Shown here: positions 1 through 10,666 of the stretch, one piece after another
Numbering within the stretch: the stretch's first letter is position 1
Layout of the letters: each line of letters opens with the position of its first letter
From: a virus
IMG/VR virus record: IMGVR_UViG_3300034375_013346
Location: 1-64,000 of that record
DNA: 64,000 bases
Strand: one strand, 5' to 3'
The notes under the pieces: generated by a model
Told to the model about the DNA's origin: nothing
What the model saw: the letters and a program-made list of their open reading frames with translations, nothing else
Database searches by the model: none
Translations under genes and position numbers: made by a program

Positions 1-120
1 AATGAATAATTCCATCTCCTAGTTAGCCATGATATTCTTTCTAGTAACCGTCTCATAATTATCCTATTAAAGTCATGTATTTTACAGGACAATAGGATGA
101 TTTGTTTCGACAAATATTAA

Positions 121-1047
121 TTATCTCTTAGCCTTGAACTTGAGGTTTATAGGCTCGTCCATTCGATTATCTATTACGTATCCAGGGGAAACTACCTCGG
201 ACTTAACCCATTCTCCATCTTCACCGATGGGAAGCTCTACTATCTCACCAGCAGGTAGTTTCTTAGGTAGCTTCATCTTTTTCCCTTTTACATCGATGAG
301 AAGATCCAGTCCTATGCCCTCTTCTCTGAATTCATCATCAATCCTGTTATTGATGCGATCAATTTCACCCTCAACAAATCCACCGGCGAATTTTACAAAA
401 ACCCTAATCTTATTCCCGGCGTTAAGATTGTACTGCTGTTCTTTACTGTAGTCTATAGGAGCAGATTTTCTGGTCTTATATGGAACGACTTCCCCTTCTT
501 TTACCTCCACTTTATAGATATAATCCTGTTTCTTAGGTATCATTTTAAAAGCTCCTCCAGACTCACCAAAACTCCTGATTGCATGATCCCGCTGCCTCTT
601 CTCTATTTCAGAGTCATCCATATTTGCTGGATATGGAATAATAGTAAGTAACTTGCCATCTCTAATTGGAACGTAGATCTGATTCCCTCTGGATTCTTTT
701 TTAACTCCAGTTTTTTCGTCCCTGCTTTCAGAAACTATAATTACGGGATAATCTACCCCATCGTGTGTAAAATATGGAGCTATCAGGGGATATCCAGAGT
801 TTCTATCAAATGCAAGGGATGATTTCTCCAGTGCCTTGATTCTGCTCAGTGTCTCGTCTGTTATGAGTTTTTTAACCTGTTCCTTTAGCTTACTCGCTGG
901 GGTTGGTATCCTTGAAAGTAGCTGCTGCGGAAGGAGTATATCCTTCATATCCACTATTCTCTCCTCGACCCTTTCCCTGAAATGTGAGGTAGGATCCAGA
1001 TCTTCCTGGATCTTTAGCCATTCTGAAAAATTAAAAAGCTTACTCAT
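121..1047 (-). CDS. hypothetical protein with N-terminal capsid-targeting-like motif
   Basis: 308-aa ORF; starts MSKLFNFSEWL; no recognisable catalytic motif. Confidence 0.7.
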   Translation of the reverse strand: MSKLFNFSEWLKIQEDLDPTSHFRERVEERIVDMKDILLPQQLLSRIPTPASKLKEQVKKLITDETLSRIKALEKSSLAFDRNSGYPLIAPYFTHDGVDYPVIIVSESRDEKTGVKKESRGNQIYVPIRDGKLLTIIPYPANMDDSEIEKRQRDHAIRSFGESGGAFKMIPKKQDYIYKVEVKEGEVVPYKTRKSAPIDYSKEQQYNLNAGNKIRVFVKFAGGFVEGEIDRINNRIDDEFREEGIGLDLLIDVKGKKMKLPKKLPAGEIVELPIGEDGEWVKSEVVSPGYVIDNRMDEPINLKFKAKR

Positions 1048-1066
1048 GTTTTCTTTATCTTTCCCA

Positions 1067-2575
1067 TTAGGCTAGCATTGATCCATCTGTATTGACTATA
1101 TCGAAATTAGCTGCGTATTCTCTGGCGTTGCTAAGTGATTTACTGCCTTCTATATTTTTACCCCATCCTGCGTTGGCATTCGTAGCTGCTTTTAATGCTG
1201 TATCGAAATTCGTAAAATCATTGGGGTCGTCATTCCCGTACTTTTTCTTGGAATGTCTGCTGTTTAATCTGTTTAGGAAGAATAGGGCTGCCACCTCAGC
1301 CGCTATTTTAGGGTCATTCACCATTTCCGGGTTGTTCACTATATCAACGTTTGTCCCATTTTTCTTCAGAAGATCGTTGTACTTCTTATAGCTGTCCTTG
1401 AAAGTGAGCTGGTTAAATCCCCTTCCCCTGTATTTGGATCCGTCACCTGGTGAATCGTTTCCGTATCTACCCCCATAGACAACGTCCCAGAATCGATCTA
1501 CATCCTTCTTGAGATCTGTTAATTCCGACTCAGTATAATTAGAAACACGACTCCCGAAGTATTTGCGTATCCTCTCATTGGAGGTGTTGTTATATGCGTG
1601 CTCATTCTTAGGAACAAATCCGGATTCCTTACCTATTACGCTCAGTATTCCTTTCTGTATAAGTGGATTAACTATTCCATACTTATTTAGAGCACTTATT
1701 ACTATCTCGATATTCTCTTTATGTGAAGAAGCCTTACCCTTGGGTACTATCGAACCGACCACTGGGGATATTTCATTGTGTAAATCATTAGCAACTGACA
1801 TAGGTGATGGTCCCTTGCCTATGGTTGTGGCTTTTGGAGTGATTGAGGTGGTGCTTCTCATGGGGGAAGCCTGCGATCCTAGCCGAGGTAGATTAAGCAA
1901 GGTGAATAGCCCAGTCGATCCTTGTGCCCCACCCGCATCGGCTAACACTTTTTCCTTCCTCTTTTGTAGGAACTTCAGGAATCCCATCACGTTGCTATTC
2001 GATTTGGCTGTTGCATCGGTATATTTGGTATCCCATCTGACATCCATTGGGGTTTCTCCTCCGGTGACTTTCCTTCCTTTGTTGGATGATTCAGGGTTAA
2101 CAAGAAGAAGGGTCCCATCTTCTTTCATATAGTCTCTGATGTGCTTATTATTGCTCAGACCTATGTGAACGTGGGTTGATTTACTATCCCCCCATTCAGA
2201 TATTTCACCAATTACATCACCCGCTTCTATCTTATCTCCTGGTTTTACTGATACGTTTTTAAGATGTGTGTAAAAAACTTGAGGATCCCTACCAGAACTA
2301 TCCACAGTAACGTGGGTTCCGTAAACCTTTCCAGATTTTTTTCCTGTATCTTTTACCTTCTTAACTTCTCCGCTCGTGATGGAATATACCGGAGTACCCG
2401 CCTTTGCGAAAATATCCCAGGCATTATCAGATTGCCAGTTACCTAATGGTCTGGATTGGTGGTTTCTCGGGCCGTTCTCATAAGATCCCCATTTGGGATC
2501 TAAACCCCCGAAGATGGTTACCGCCTCTTTGAGATCTTCTCCTCTATTTTTAAATTGATCGTAACTTTTAATCAT
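1067..2575 (-). CDS. M23 peptidase + GH19 (lysozyme/chitinase-like) two-domain peptidoglycan hydrolase
   Basis: N-half WDIFAKAGTPVYS, YGTHV, FYTHL, HVHIG (M23); C-half ESG, GDGSKYRGRGFNQLT (GH19); start moved to MIKSYDQF, downstream of a GATATATA motif. Confidence 0.85.
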   Translation of the reverse strand: MIKSYDQFKNRGEDLKEAVTIFGGLDPKWGSYENGPRNHQSRPLGNWQSDNAWDIFAKAGTPVYSITSGEVKKVKDTGKKSGKVYGTHVTVDSSGRDPQVFYTHLKNVSVKPGDKIEAGDVIGEISEWGDSKSTHVHIGLSNNKHIRDYMKEDGTLLLVNPESSNKGRKVTGGETPMDVRWDTKYTDATAKSNSNVMGFLKFLQKRKEKVLADAGGAQGSTGLFTLLNLPRLGSQASPMRSTTSITPKATTIGKGPSPMSVANDLHNEISPVVGSIVPKGKASSHKENIEIVISALNKYGIVNPLIQKGILSVIGKESGFVPKNEHAYNNTSNERIRKYFGSRVSNYTESELTDLKKDVDRFWDVVYGGRYGNDSPGDGSKYRGRGFNQLTFKDSYKKYNDLLKKNGTNVDIVNNPEMVNDPKIAAEVAALFFLNRLNSRHSKKKYGNDDPNDFTNFDTALKAATNANAGWGKNIEGSKSLSNAREYAANFDIVNTDGSMLA

Positions 2576-2622
2576 GGATCTTGAAAATATCCACATATAT
2601 ATCCAAGCTGGACATCATATAT

Positions 2623-3411
2623 TTACCAGCCCGCTAGAGATGGGTAATACTTATCACCATCGACAAATGGGAATAGGTACGCATGTTCCCGAATTCTCAT
2701 TTCCATATTTTTTTCGCATCCTTTGTGGTCTGAGTGACTGAGATACTCTCTAGATACCATTGGCCAAATGGAATAGTTGTTTATCGGAACATCACAGCTT
2801 GTGATGAAATGATCTATATCCAATTTATCCCCCTCCCTCATGTTGAGATTGTCCTTTATCTTATCCAGAATAGTATTCCTGATAATTGAAAAATTAATCG
2901 TGGATGCCCTATTTAGGGGTTTTGCCAGATGTTCATTTATTACCCCCATTTCTCCAAAGAAATAATGGTTGCCTATCAAAATATCCCAATCCTGTGGAAG
3001 ACTAGCATATGAATCCCTTATTTTATCCATAGCCCCGGAAACCAAATAAGCATCATCCTCCATCACGACTATCGAATCCTGACAATCTTCTCCAAATGCT
3101 TTTTCCATGACATCGAGATAACTTCTAAAGATGGCCCAGGGAACGTCCGATAGATCTTCAACCGCATCAAATCTCTCGACCTCGAAATTGGAAAAGAGCT
3201 GCTTATTTAATGAATTGAATCTCTCCCATCTGTCGTGTCTCCTGGCCAAGTTTATAACATAGGCTTTTTTTGGGAATTGTACCTCGTTCTTCCCGCTCAA
3301 TTCAAATTTACTTCCGATATCTATTATCCTTGAGAGGTCTGATTCTTTGTTCAGCTCGCAGATCCTCCTTAAGTCACCCGGTCCGTAGTTAGAGGTTCTG
3401 GTGGGATCCAT
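2623..3411 (-). CDS. glycosyltransferase family 25-like
   Basis: YVINLARRHDRWERF, RFDAV and MEDDA motifs. Confidence 0.75.
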   Translation of the reverse strand: MDPTRTSNYGPGDLRRICELNKESDLSRIIDIGSKFELSGKNEVQFPKKAYVINLARRHDRWERFNSLNKQLFSNFEVERFDAVEDLSDVPWAIFRSYLDVMEKAFGEDCQDSIVVMEDDAYLVSGAMDKIRDSYASLPQDWDILIGNHYFFGEMGVINEHLAKPLNRASTINFSIIRNTILDKIKDNLNMREGDKLDIDHFITSCDVPINNYSIWPMVSREYLSHSDHKGCEKNMEMRIREHAYLFPFVDGDKYYPSLAGW

Positions 3412-3417
3412 GTTTTT

Positions 3418-3858
3418 TTAATTTTCCCAATCGTCCCATTCTGGGTCTGACCAGTTATCCCCGTCGTAGTAGTTGTCCTCTTCGGAATGTGATAATTCCC
3501 ACTGGTAGTTATCCTTAACCCACGTTCTACTCGTAAATGGAAATTCAACCTCCCATTTAAGTGACGATCCGTAGTCAAACTGCCCGATTATCAATTCTAT
3601 CTTTACAATAAAATCAACAAGGGAGTCAGAGCAATCCTCATTAAATTTATTGTCCTCTATATAAATCTCTATCTTACCTTCCTGGTTTATCCTCAGAACT
3701 GAGCATATACTTTCAGCGATCTCCGGGTAATCAAAGGGGATGGATCTAATCTTTCCCTCCAGATCTTCCAACATGTGATCCTGACACCTCTTTTCCGAGA
3801 CCAGATCTAAGCTGTATGTGCAGCTTTCTCCCATTATTAGTTCTTCTATATTTTCCAC
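3418..3858 (-). CDS. hypothetical acidic protein
   Basis: 146-aa ORF tightly packed in the minus-strand gene run. Confidence 0.6.
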   Translation of the reverse strand: MENIEELIMGESCTYSLDLVSEKRCQDHMLEDLEGKIRSIPFDYPEIAESICSVLRINQEGKIEIYIEDNKFNEDCSDSLVDFIVKIELIIGQFDYGSSLKWEVEFPFTSRTWVKDNYQWELSHSEEDNYYDGDNWSDPEWDDWEN

Positions 3859-3871
3859 TATATAACCTTAA

Positions 3872-4456
3872 TTAAAAAATAGAATTGCCTTTTATAAAAC
3901 GAGAACAAAAAGATCTCCTATGGTGTTCGGTTAGACCGTGGTTCTCGATAGCATTCATATGGTCCTTGGTTCCATATCCTGAATTTTTCTCCCATAGGTA
4001 TTCGGGGTAATCCATGGAAAGATTTTCCATGAATCTATCTCTCGTAACCTTTGCTATAATGGAAGCTGCCGATATTGAGGGAATCTTAGAATCTCCCTTT
4101 ATTATACATTTAAATGGTATGTTTTGATAACCCGGAAACTTATCACCATCGACCAACAACATTTCCGGTATTATACCTAGCTCATCGATTGATCTAAACA
4201 TAGATCTGAATGTAGCTTGAAGTATGTTGATCTCATCTATCTCGGCTGGGTATGAATAGCCGATACCTACATGAAGGGCATTATCCATTATTACCCCGTA
4301 GGCAATTTCTCTCTTTTTCTTGCTTAGTTTCTTGCTATCCGTTATTAGATCATGGGAAAAAGAATCAGGTAGAATTACCGACGAAGATACAACTGGTCCG
4401 GAAAGACACCCTCTGCCTACCTCATCTATTCCTGCCGTCATTTTTATCAATTTCAC
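3872..4456 (-). CDS. rnhB: ribonuclease HII
   Basis: GIDEVGRGCLSGPVV, DSKKLS, VDG, KGD, AASIIAKVTRD, GYGT, HRRSF. Confidence 0.95.
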   Translation of the reverse strand: MKLIKMTAGIDEVGRGCLSGPVVSSSVILPDSFSHDLITDSKKLSKKKREIAYGVIMDNALHVGIGYSYPAEIDEINILQATFRSMFRSIDELGIIPEMLLVDGDKFPGYQNIPFKCIIKGDSKIPSISAASIIAKVTRDRFMENLSMDYPEYLWEKNSGYGTKDHMNAIENHGLTEHHRRSFCSRFIKGNSIF

Positions 4457-4616
4457 TCATGGCTTCTTTAAAAGCATTTTCATAGATGGATTCCCGGTCG
4501 ATATGTCTCTTGCCTTCACTGTGGAGTTTAGCAGTTTCATTAGAGACCTTTTCCATAACTTGGTCCTTAATTCCGAGCTTCCATGCTTCCATTAGTAGAT
4601 CCTCTATTAGACTCAT
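4422..4616 (-). CDS. hypothetical protein
   Basis: 64-aa ORF filling the gap between neighbours. Confidence 0.5.
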   Translation of the reverse strand: MSLIEDLLMEAWKLGIKDQVMEKVSNETAKLHSEGKRHIDRESIYENAFKEAMSEIDKNDGRNR

Positions 4617-4637
4617 TTCTATATTACGTTTATTACG

Positions 4638-6191
4638 TCATACGTTTGCCATTAGTGTGGCTTTTATCCCACTCTCCGGGTGGATCACATAAGCATGCAA
4701 AGCTCTGGTTGATCCTTCATACCCGTGATTGTGATGCCATCTATCCGATCCGGAAAGACTAGGCATCTGAAATACCTTCACGCCTTTGTAGTCTTTAACC
4801 ATCTCATGATGGAGGTGACCAGTAAAGAAAGCTCTATGTTTGGTCTTTGCCCATAGGTCCGGAGCTTCATTAGCCATCATATATGGCAAATCCTGAAGCT
4901 TCATCCCATCCCCATGGGTAAATCCCATTAGGGTATTCCCGTAACTGAAGTACTGTCGGAATCGGTGACACCTTATAACATTGACGTCTTCACACTCCCT
5001 GTAATATGCATCCAGATATTGAAGTAAAACATGTGATAACTTAAAGTCGTGATTTCCTGCAGTAAGAATTATTTCAACATCAGCTACCTGTCTTAATATG
5101 TCCAGGAACTCTACCATGAGCTTTTGACCTTCGACCATTATCTGTATGAAGGTACCGTCACAATCTTGCGGAGTTCCCTTAGTTGTGGTGCCTCTCATCG
5201 TGTCTACGTGGAAAAAATCAGATCCCACCGGGACTATCACTTTCTCTATGTTATATTTGAGAATATCGGGGATAAGCTCATTTGTTTTTTCCATCAAAAG
5301 ATCCCTTGCCATTTTCCTATTGTACTCCTCCTTCACTTCGCCGGACCAAGAGTACTTACCATAGTGGAGATCGAAAGGGGATATCACCAAAGCGTGTTTA
5401 TCACCTTCCGGTATATTGATCTTAGGAACGGTATATTTGGCAAAAACGCTCTCTAGTTTTTCAGCCAAGGGATTTAGAGTTAATCCTTTGAAAGCCCACC
5501 AATTATTTGCGGCATCCTTGATAAGTTTTTCCTCGCTTCGTGTATATTTCTGGAAGAAAGAGAATTTCCTTTTCTGTAAGGCATCCTGAACCATCTCATC
5601 CTCACCTCTTGAGAACATTTCCTCGTCTGTGAATGGTTCGGAGTCGTGGGTCCATCCCATGATAGACTTTAGAGCAATAAAGATATTCCTTGGGATCTCA
5701 AAGTTTCTACATATTTCATTGATGGTTTCCGGAGACCCGTCCATATTCGAATATCTGGACTTCATATCCCTAACAATGGTTCCTGTAAACTTATAGGGCT
5801 TGTTTTTTATGTATATGATGTAGAGATCTTTAGCTTCGTCGTAATAATAAGCGGTGCTGTGCTTGTATTTCTTGTATGCTCTTTTAGCAAGATTAGATTC
5901 CTCCTCCTCTATATCCTGTATAACATTATCATCTATATTATCCTTCTCAAATTTTTCTCTTATTGACCTTTCCATATCTTCTCCTTCCTCCTCTGAGATG
6001 TAAGAACTCTCGGGTTTTTCTGCAGATAGAAAAATGGTGATCTGCCTCCTTAGCGAGTCGGGTTTATATTCACCGATATCTACTCCCCTATCGGAGATTA
6101 GTTTTTTTGCTATTTCTGGGTGGCTTAGTCCCTGTTGACTTAAGTTGATGATATCATCGCTAAATTTTTCAACAATTTCTTTTGGTGACAT
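4638..6191 (-). CDS. calcineurin-like metallophosphoesterase with long N-terminal extension
   Basis: DLHYG, GSDFFH, GNHD, THGD, GHLHH metal-binding motifs. Confidence 0.8.
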   Translation of the reverse strand: MSPKEIVEKFSDDIINLSQQGLSHPEIAKKLISDRGVDIGEYKPDSLRRQITIFLSAEKPESSYISEEEGEDMERSIREKFEKDNIDDNVIQDIEEEESNLAKRAYKKYKHSTAYYYDEAKDLYIIYIKNKPYKFTGTIVRDMKSRYSNMDGSPETINEICRNFEIPRNIFIALKSIMGWTHDSEPFTDEEMFSRGEDEMVQDALQKRKFSFFQKYTRSEEKLIKDAANNWWAFKGLTLNPLAEKLESVFAKYTVPKINIPEGDKHALVISPFDLHYGKYSWSGEVKEEYNRKMARDLLMEKTNELIPDILKYNIEKVIVPVGSDFFHVDTMRGTTTKGTPQDCDGTFIQIMVEGQKLMVEFLDILRQVADVEIILTAGNHDFKLSHVLLQYLDAYYRECEDVNVIRCHRFRQYFSYGNTLMGFTHGDGMKLQDLPYMMANEAPDLWAKTKHRAFFTGHLHHEMVKDYKGVKVFQMPSLSGSDRWHHNHGYEGSTRALHAYVIHPESGIKATLMANV

Positions 6192-6240
6192 ATGCTATTC
6201 TTTAATTTCCTGGGTTCTTAATACTTCGGAAGTTTTCTAA

Positions 6241-6267
6241 TATATGGGAGACATTCAAAAAAATTTC
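6241..6267 (-). promoter_or_regulatory. putative phage promoter GAAAT-N16-CATATA
   Basis: same bipartite motif and spacing recurs upstream of several operons. Confidence 0.55.
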
Positions 6268-6365
6268 GGGTCCCCTTAGTATTTATATCCGGGCTTCGTT
6301 AGACCTATACCACAAAAAATGGGTAAATTGAATACCCATTATATATGAACAGAGATGTGATTCTA

Positions 6366-6620
6366 CTATTCCTCCTTCAGTCTTCCTATTATGCCAAGGA
6401 TATTTATTTCCTTTTCCACCATATTGAAGAACTCCGTAATGTACTTACATTTCTCGTACTCCTCTGTCGATTCGTAATAATCCAGAAGTGATTCCTTTAT
6501 AGCGTGTCTCTTCTCTATAAGACGGGGCTGAAGTATCGCCTTAGTACCGAGTGTCTCCATCCTGCTTATAGCATTCTCATAAATATCTCTTTCAAGTGGC
6601 TTGCTGCCTTTCACTTCCAT
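6366..6620 (-). CDS. small protein with UVR-like ExYExC motif
   Basis: YYESTEEYEKCKYI. Confidence 0.65.
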   Translation of the reverse strand: MEVKGSKPLERDIYENAISRMETLGTKAILQPRLIEKRHAIKESLLDYYESTEEYEKCKYITEFFNMVEKEINILGIIGRLKEE

Positions 6621-6623
6621 TTC

Positions 6624-6821
6624 CTATTTTTTTTCTCCAGTAGTTAAGGATTTTATAACCTCGTAAAGATCAGAGCATTTTTCATATTCTTCAAACTCTT
6701 CGAGTATGCCCATACAATCGTTTGAACTCTCAAATAGCGGACTTTTCGATCCACGTTTTATTATATCCGAATATATCTTCAGAGCCCAATTCAATTCTTC
6801 TATAGATCTTAGAGTTCTCAT
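6624..6821 (-). CDS. small protein with UVR-like ExYExC motif
   Basis: LEEFEEYEKCSDL. Confidence 0.6.
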   Translation of the reverse strand: MRTLRSIEELNWALKIYSDIIKRGSKSPLFESSNDCMGILEEFEEYEKCSDLYEVIKSLTTGEKK

Positions 6822-6848
6822 AATATCCCATGCTAAGTATATATTTAC

Positions 6849-7070
6849 TTAGTGCAGGAAAGAGAATGACTCCACGGGTTTTTGAAATACCCCAGCCGCC
6901 CCGGAAGGAGAGTTGTATTCCACCTGAAGCATGTACTGGTTTTCCGAGTTTCTAAGTACATTTAGCACCTTTACAGTCTTGGACGTGTTATTCTCTCGTA
7001 GAATATCACCCTTTGAGACTTGTATCCCATTTATCCTTGCGGATTGTGTTAATCTAAATTCTGTTCCCAT
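6849..7070 (-). CDS. hypothetical protein
   Basis: 73-aa ORF in operon. Confidence 0.55.
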   Translation of the reverse strand: MGTEFRLTQSARINGIQVSKGDILRENNTSKTVKVLNVLRNSENQYMLQVEYNSPSGAAGVFQKPVESFSFLH

Positions 7071-7360
7071 AATTTATATTCATCAATTAAAGTCTTAACC
7101 TCCATACAGGTTTCGTATCTTTCAAGATCTTCCGACCACATGAGGTAATTTCTGAGAAAAGTTCCGTAATCCCTCTTCTGTATAACAATGGAATATCCAT
7201 CCTCGTTATCTAATCCCATCTCATCCAGATGGAATATCAGGGTGAATGAGTGTTTTTTCTTCACCGCTTTTGATACATTTTTATAGATTAGCTTCCAGAA
7301 TAAATCCTTTTCCTCAAAGGACATCCCATCTGAATCGAGAAAAACTTCGGGTCCTTCCAT
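7049..7360 (-). CDS. small protein with UVR-like ExYExC motif
   Basis: SEDLERYETCMEV. Confidence 0.65.
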   Translation of the reverse strand: MEGPEVFLDSDGMSFEEKDLFWKLIYKNVSKAVKKKHSFTLIFHLDEMGLDNEDGYSIVIQKRDYGTFLRNYLMWSEDLERYETCMEVKTLIDEYKLWEQNLD

Positions 7361-7369
7361 AATTTAAAT

Positions 7370-8431
7370 TTAGCTCTGGAGAGATACCACGTCTGTTTTT
7401 AATATGTCATCCATATATGCAGTGATAAGATATGGATCCGCATTTGACCCAGGTCTCCTGTCTTCCAGATATCCTTTCCATTCCTTTGCAGTGGTAACTG
7501 GTACCCTGATTGAAGCCCCTCGATCACTCATTCCCCATGAGAACTTATCTATGCTCTGGGTTTCGTGTTCTCCGGTTAGCCTCTGATCATTATCAGAGCC
7601 ATATATGTCTATTGCTTCTTTGTGTGTTTTTTCCAGATGTCTGAATATTGAATCGAAGAGTTCCTTTCCACCAACTTCTCTCATTTCCCTGTTTGAGAAG
7701 TTTACGTGCATACCTGATCCGTTCCAATCTGCTCCCTTCCCCATAGGCTTGGGATGAAAATCAACGCTAACCCTATATTTTTCTGCTATTCTGCGAAGTA
7801 GAAATCTAGAAACCCATAGATCATCAGCTGCATCTTTATTACCCTCTCCAAGAACCTGATATTCCCATTGACCCAGCATAACTTCTGCATTTGTCCCAGT
7901 AATATTAATACCGCAGGAAATACAAGCATCCATATGCTCTTCGGATATTTCTCTACCTGCACTATGTGGATGCCCAACCGAACAATAGTATTTGCCCTGC
8001 TTTTCAGGTTGTTGGAAATTCTCAAATCCAAGTGGTCTGTTATCCTTGCTATTGAACCATCTTAGAACATATTCCTGTTCAAATCCGAACCAGTTATCCT
8101 TCCCCTCGCTCCCTATGGAAGCTCTGGTGTTAGTCTCGTGTGTACTTCCATCCATATTAAGGACTTCACACATAACTATATAGGAAAATCCACCGCGGGT
8201 TGGATCGTGGTAGAGTTTAACCGGATTTAATATGCAATCTGAGGAACTTCCCTCGGCCTGCATTGTGGAACTTCCGTCAAATGACCATTGGGGAATGTCC
8301 ATTAACTTAGGCATAATCAGAGATATAGGATTCTCGATATCACCACCAAAATCAATTACTTTGACCTTGGATCTCAGGTTAGGCTCGGGTTTATAACCAT
8401 CTAGCCAGACATATTCTAATTTTATCTTCAT
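7370..8431 (-). CDS. glnII: glutamine synthetase type II
   Basis: EYVWLDG, WSFDGSST, FGFEQEY, NAEVMLGQWEYQ, DWNGSGMHVNFS, RLTGEHET, DRGASIRVP, YLEDRRP; 353 aa. Confidence 0.95.
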   Translation of the reverse strand: MKIKLEYVWLDGYKPEPNLRSKVKVIDFGGDIENPISLIMPKLMDIPQWSFDGSSTMQAEGSSSDCILNPVKLYHDPTRGGFSYIVMCEVLNMDGSTHETNTRASIGSEGKDNWFGFEQEYVLRWFNSKDNRPLGFENFQQPEKQGKYYCSVGHPHSAGREISEEHMDACISCGINITGTNAEVMLGQWEYQVLGEGNKDAADDLWVSRFLLRRIAEKYRVSVDFHPKPMGKGADWNGSGMHVNFSNREMREVGGKELFDSIFRHLEKTHKEAIDIYGSDNDQRLTGEHETQSIDKFSWGMSDRGASIRVPVTTAKEWKGYLEDRRPGSNADPYLITAYMDDILKTDVVSLQS

Positions 8432-8514
8432 GAAGGAGATTGATTTTTTGATATACTATTTATATACTAGTTTATCAAAAAATTTTCGGCCTTTTCTGAA
8501 ATAAATTCTCCTGA

Positions 8515-8700
8515 TTATTTTGACTGAATCCCCTTCGCAGATTGGGAGAAGTCTTCGTACTGCATTAGTTTTCCAACCGTTCCCCTTTCTAATCCAAGGG
8601 ATCCCCTTTCGGATCCAAAGGTTTTCTGGTCGAACCATTTTACAAAGTTGTCGACTGTCTTGAATTTCTTATCTGGTTCTACTACTGGTAATTTGGACAT
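8515..8700 (-). CDS. hypothetical protein
   Basis: 61-aa ORF preceded by GATAAATA; C-terminal LMQYEDF motif. Confidence 0.55.
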   Translation of the reverse strand: MSKLPVVEPDKKFKTVDNFVKWFDQKTFGSERGSLGLERGTVGKLMQYEDFSQSAKGIQSK

Positions 8701-8717
8701 AACTTTCCTTCTTTTAT

Positions 8718-9098
8718 CTATTTATCCAAAAAGAACATTTTAGCCAAAATACCAACCAGTGCAGAGAATATTATCCATAAGGCTTTAGTTACACTTCCCT
8801 TCCATTTAACTAACTCAGCATGCTCCAATAGCAATTCCTGATTAGCCCTCTCATCTTCCTCGTGATTCAGCCTGTGTTTTGTGTTTTGATTAACCTTTAC
8901 TATAACACCGTCTTCGGGATCCAGGAGTTTCCTCTTTAGCTCAGATAAATCTTGCTTCATCTCAGATTGAGCATGTCTTAGCTCCTGGATGTTAATCTGA
9001 ATAATTTTTAACTCCCCATTAGGAAGCTGACTCTGCATCGAGTTAAGCTGATTTAATATATCCTGTATCAATTCAGGTATTTCCCTATTTTGGCTCAT
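8718..9098 (-). CDS. coiled-coil protein with C-terminal transmembrane helix
   Basis: heptad-rich N-part; ALWIIFSALVGILAKMFF. Confidence 0.6.
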   Translation of the reverse strand: MSQNREIPELIQDILNQLNSMQSQLPNGELKIIQINIQELRHAQSEMKQDLSELKRKLLDPEDGVIVKVNQNTKHRLNHEEDERANQELLLEHAELVKWKGSVTKALWIIFSALVGILAKMFFLDK

Positions 9099-9203
9099 AT
9101 ACTTTGATTATGGTTTGTTCCCCAACAATCCCAAATAAAGTGTACTCTATATATTTTAGTAAGCCAAACCCGCAGGACAATTTTTTGTAATACTATCAAC
9201 TTT

Positions 9204-9401
9204 TTAATCCTCCCAGATAATTTCTATGCCGTCCAACAAAAGGAGAGATTCCATGGATTCCTCCGGTGTGTCAATTATAAAATTCCCATATGATTCCCCA
9301 GCCCCGAGTCCATTCTCTACTATCTCCGAATTATAGATTCTTATAATTGTGCAAACCTCTATGTGTGCCTGTGGGGAGTATGTGGTAATCTCTACTATCA
9401 C
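9204..9401 (-). CDS. hypothetical protein
   Basis: 65-aa ORF in operon. Confidence 0.45.
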   Translation of the reverse strand: MIVEITTYSPQAHIEVCTIIRIYNSEIVENGLGAGESYGNFIIDTPEESMESLLLLDGIEIIWED

Positions 9402-9407
9402 TGGACA

Positions 9408-9677
9408 TCAGTTAAGGATAATGTTTGTTATATCGTCTATATGGACTATGTAATGTTCCCCGCTGACTAGATTTTCTAAAACAACCTCAGTGGAGCTAGA
9501 GCTACCTAGGAGCTTGTGTGATTCCTTAAGAAAGACAAATTCGGAACCCAAATGAGACTGTTCGAGTTTAGATCTCCTCATCCACTTGCTCTGGTTTCTG
9601 AGATATAGCTTCTCGTAATATTCCTTCATAGAATCGGTTGGCTTCTTAATTTTCCGGGGTTTCTTCTTCAGTTCCAT
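9408..9677 (-). CDS. hypothetical protein
   Basis: 89-aa ORF in operon. Confidence 0.55.
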   Translation of the reverse strand: MELKKKPRKIKKPTDSMKEYYEKLYLRNQSKWMRRSKLEQSHLGSEFVFLKESHKLLGSSSSTEVVLENLVSGEHYIVHIDDITNIILN

Positions 9678-10623
9678 TATCGTAGTATCCTTTATTTTTT
9701 AATTCCTTTAGATATTCTATTATCGTCTCCACCTCTTGTTTCCTCTTTTCCCCGTGTAGTACTTTTATGTCCCTTTTATTTTCTGGAATTCTATAGAATG
9801 AAGAGATTAAGCCGCTTTCCACCTCCTCTGGATTCTGGAAAAAATGAAGAACCGTATCCATCCCCTCTATATTGATATATGACATTGGTAATCCACCACC
9901 TCCATTTTTCCAAACCAGAGTATTCATTACGCTCTCATCCTGGAAAGGTGAATATTCATACACATCAACTACCTTCCATAGGACATTGAGAACTTCCTCC
10001 AGTACAATGAGAAATTCCTTACAGCCCTGATTAAAGAGGAAGAGATTACCAGTCCTATATTCATCCCTTGATTCTATGGGTACCTGAAAAAATTTCATTA
10101 GTGGATATTCAATGGTCTTTGTCAAATCTCTTTCTGGCCAGCATCCTTCGAATGGATTTCCCCTCACATTCCCATCATCGTCGGTTACCATGACAAATTC
10201 ATGCGGACCTTTGGTCATCAGAGGGGTGGATTTAATTTTATCCGAGTACGAGAAGATTTCATCTATGTTTGGGCAAGCTATGCTATCCCCGTCTATAAAA
10301 CAACATTCGTCATATCCCATATCCAGAACTCTCAGGCAAGCTTCGGATTTTCTGGTCATGATCTGGAAGCTTCTCAAATTCCTCCTGTCGACGTAGAAAT
10401 TCCCACCCTCAACATAGTTGAATGGTGTTCCATTCTCGTTAATATCATACTCTATCTCATGGAAGATCGCTCCAGAGGGCATTTCCAACCCTTCTTTCTT
10501 TGGGTTGTAATTAATACAAAAAATATGTATGGGATAAGAGGAGAACTCCGATATACTATTAGATAGCAATACCGATAGGTAGTGATAATTTTTGGTTGTT
10601 ATTGAAACGAAACACCTCCTCAT
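9646..10623 (-). CDS. GT-A fold glycosyltransferase (GT8-like)
   Basis: FIDGDS (DxD), QDESVMN, late VLHG motif. Confidence 0.6.
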   Translation of the reverse strand: MRRCFVSITTKNYHYLSVLLSNSISEFSSYPIHIFCINYNPKKEGLEMPSGAIFHEIEYDINENGTPFNYVEGGNFYVDRRNLRSFQIMTRKSEACLRVLDMGYDECCFIDGDSIACPNIDEIFSYSDKIKSTPLMTKGPHEFVMVTDDDGNVRGNPFEGCWPERDLTKTIEYPLMKFFQVPIESRDEYRTGNLFLFNQGCKEFLIVLEEVLNVLWKVVDVYEYSPFQDESVMNTLVWKNGGGGLPMSYINIEGMDTVLHFFQNPEEVESGLISSFYRIPENKRDIKVLHGEKRKQEVETIIEYLKELKNKGYYDNGTEEETPEN

Positions 10624-10666
10624 ATATCGTATTTTAGAAATTGTTCGGGTAAACGTAATGAACCCA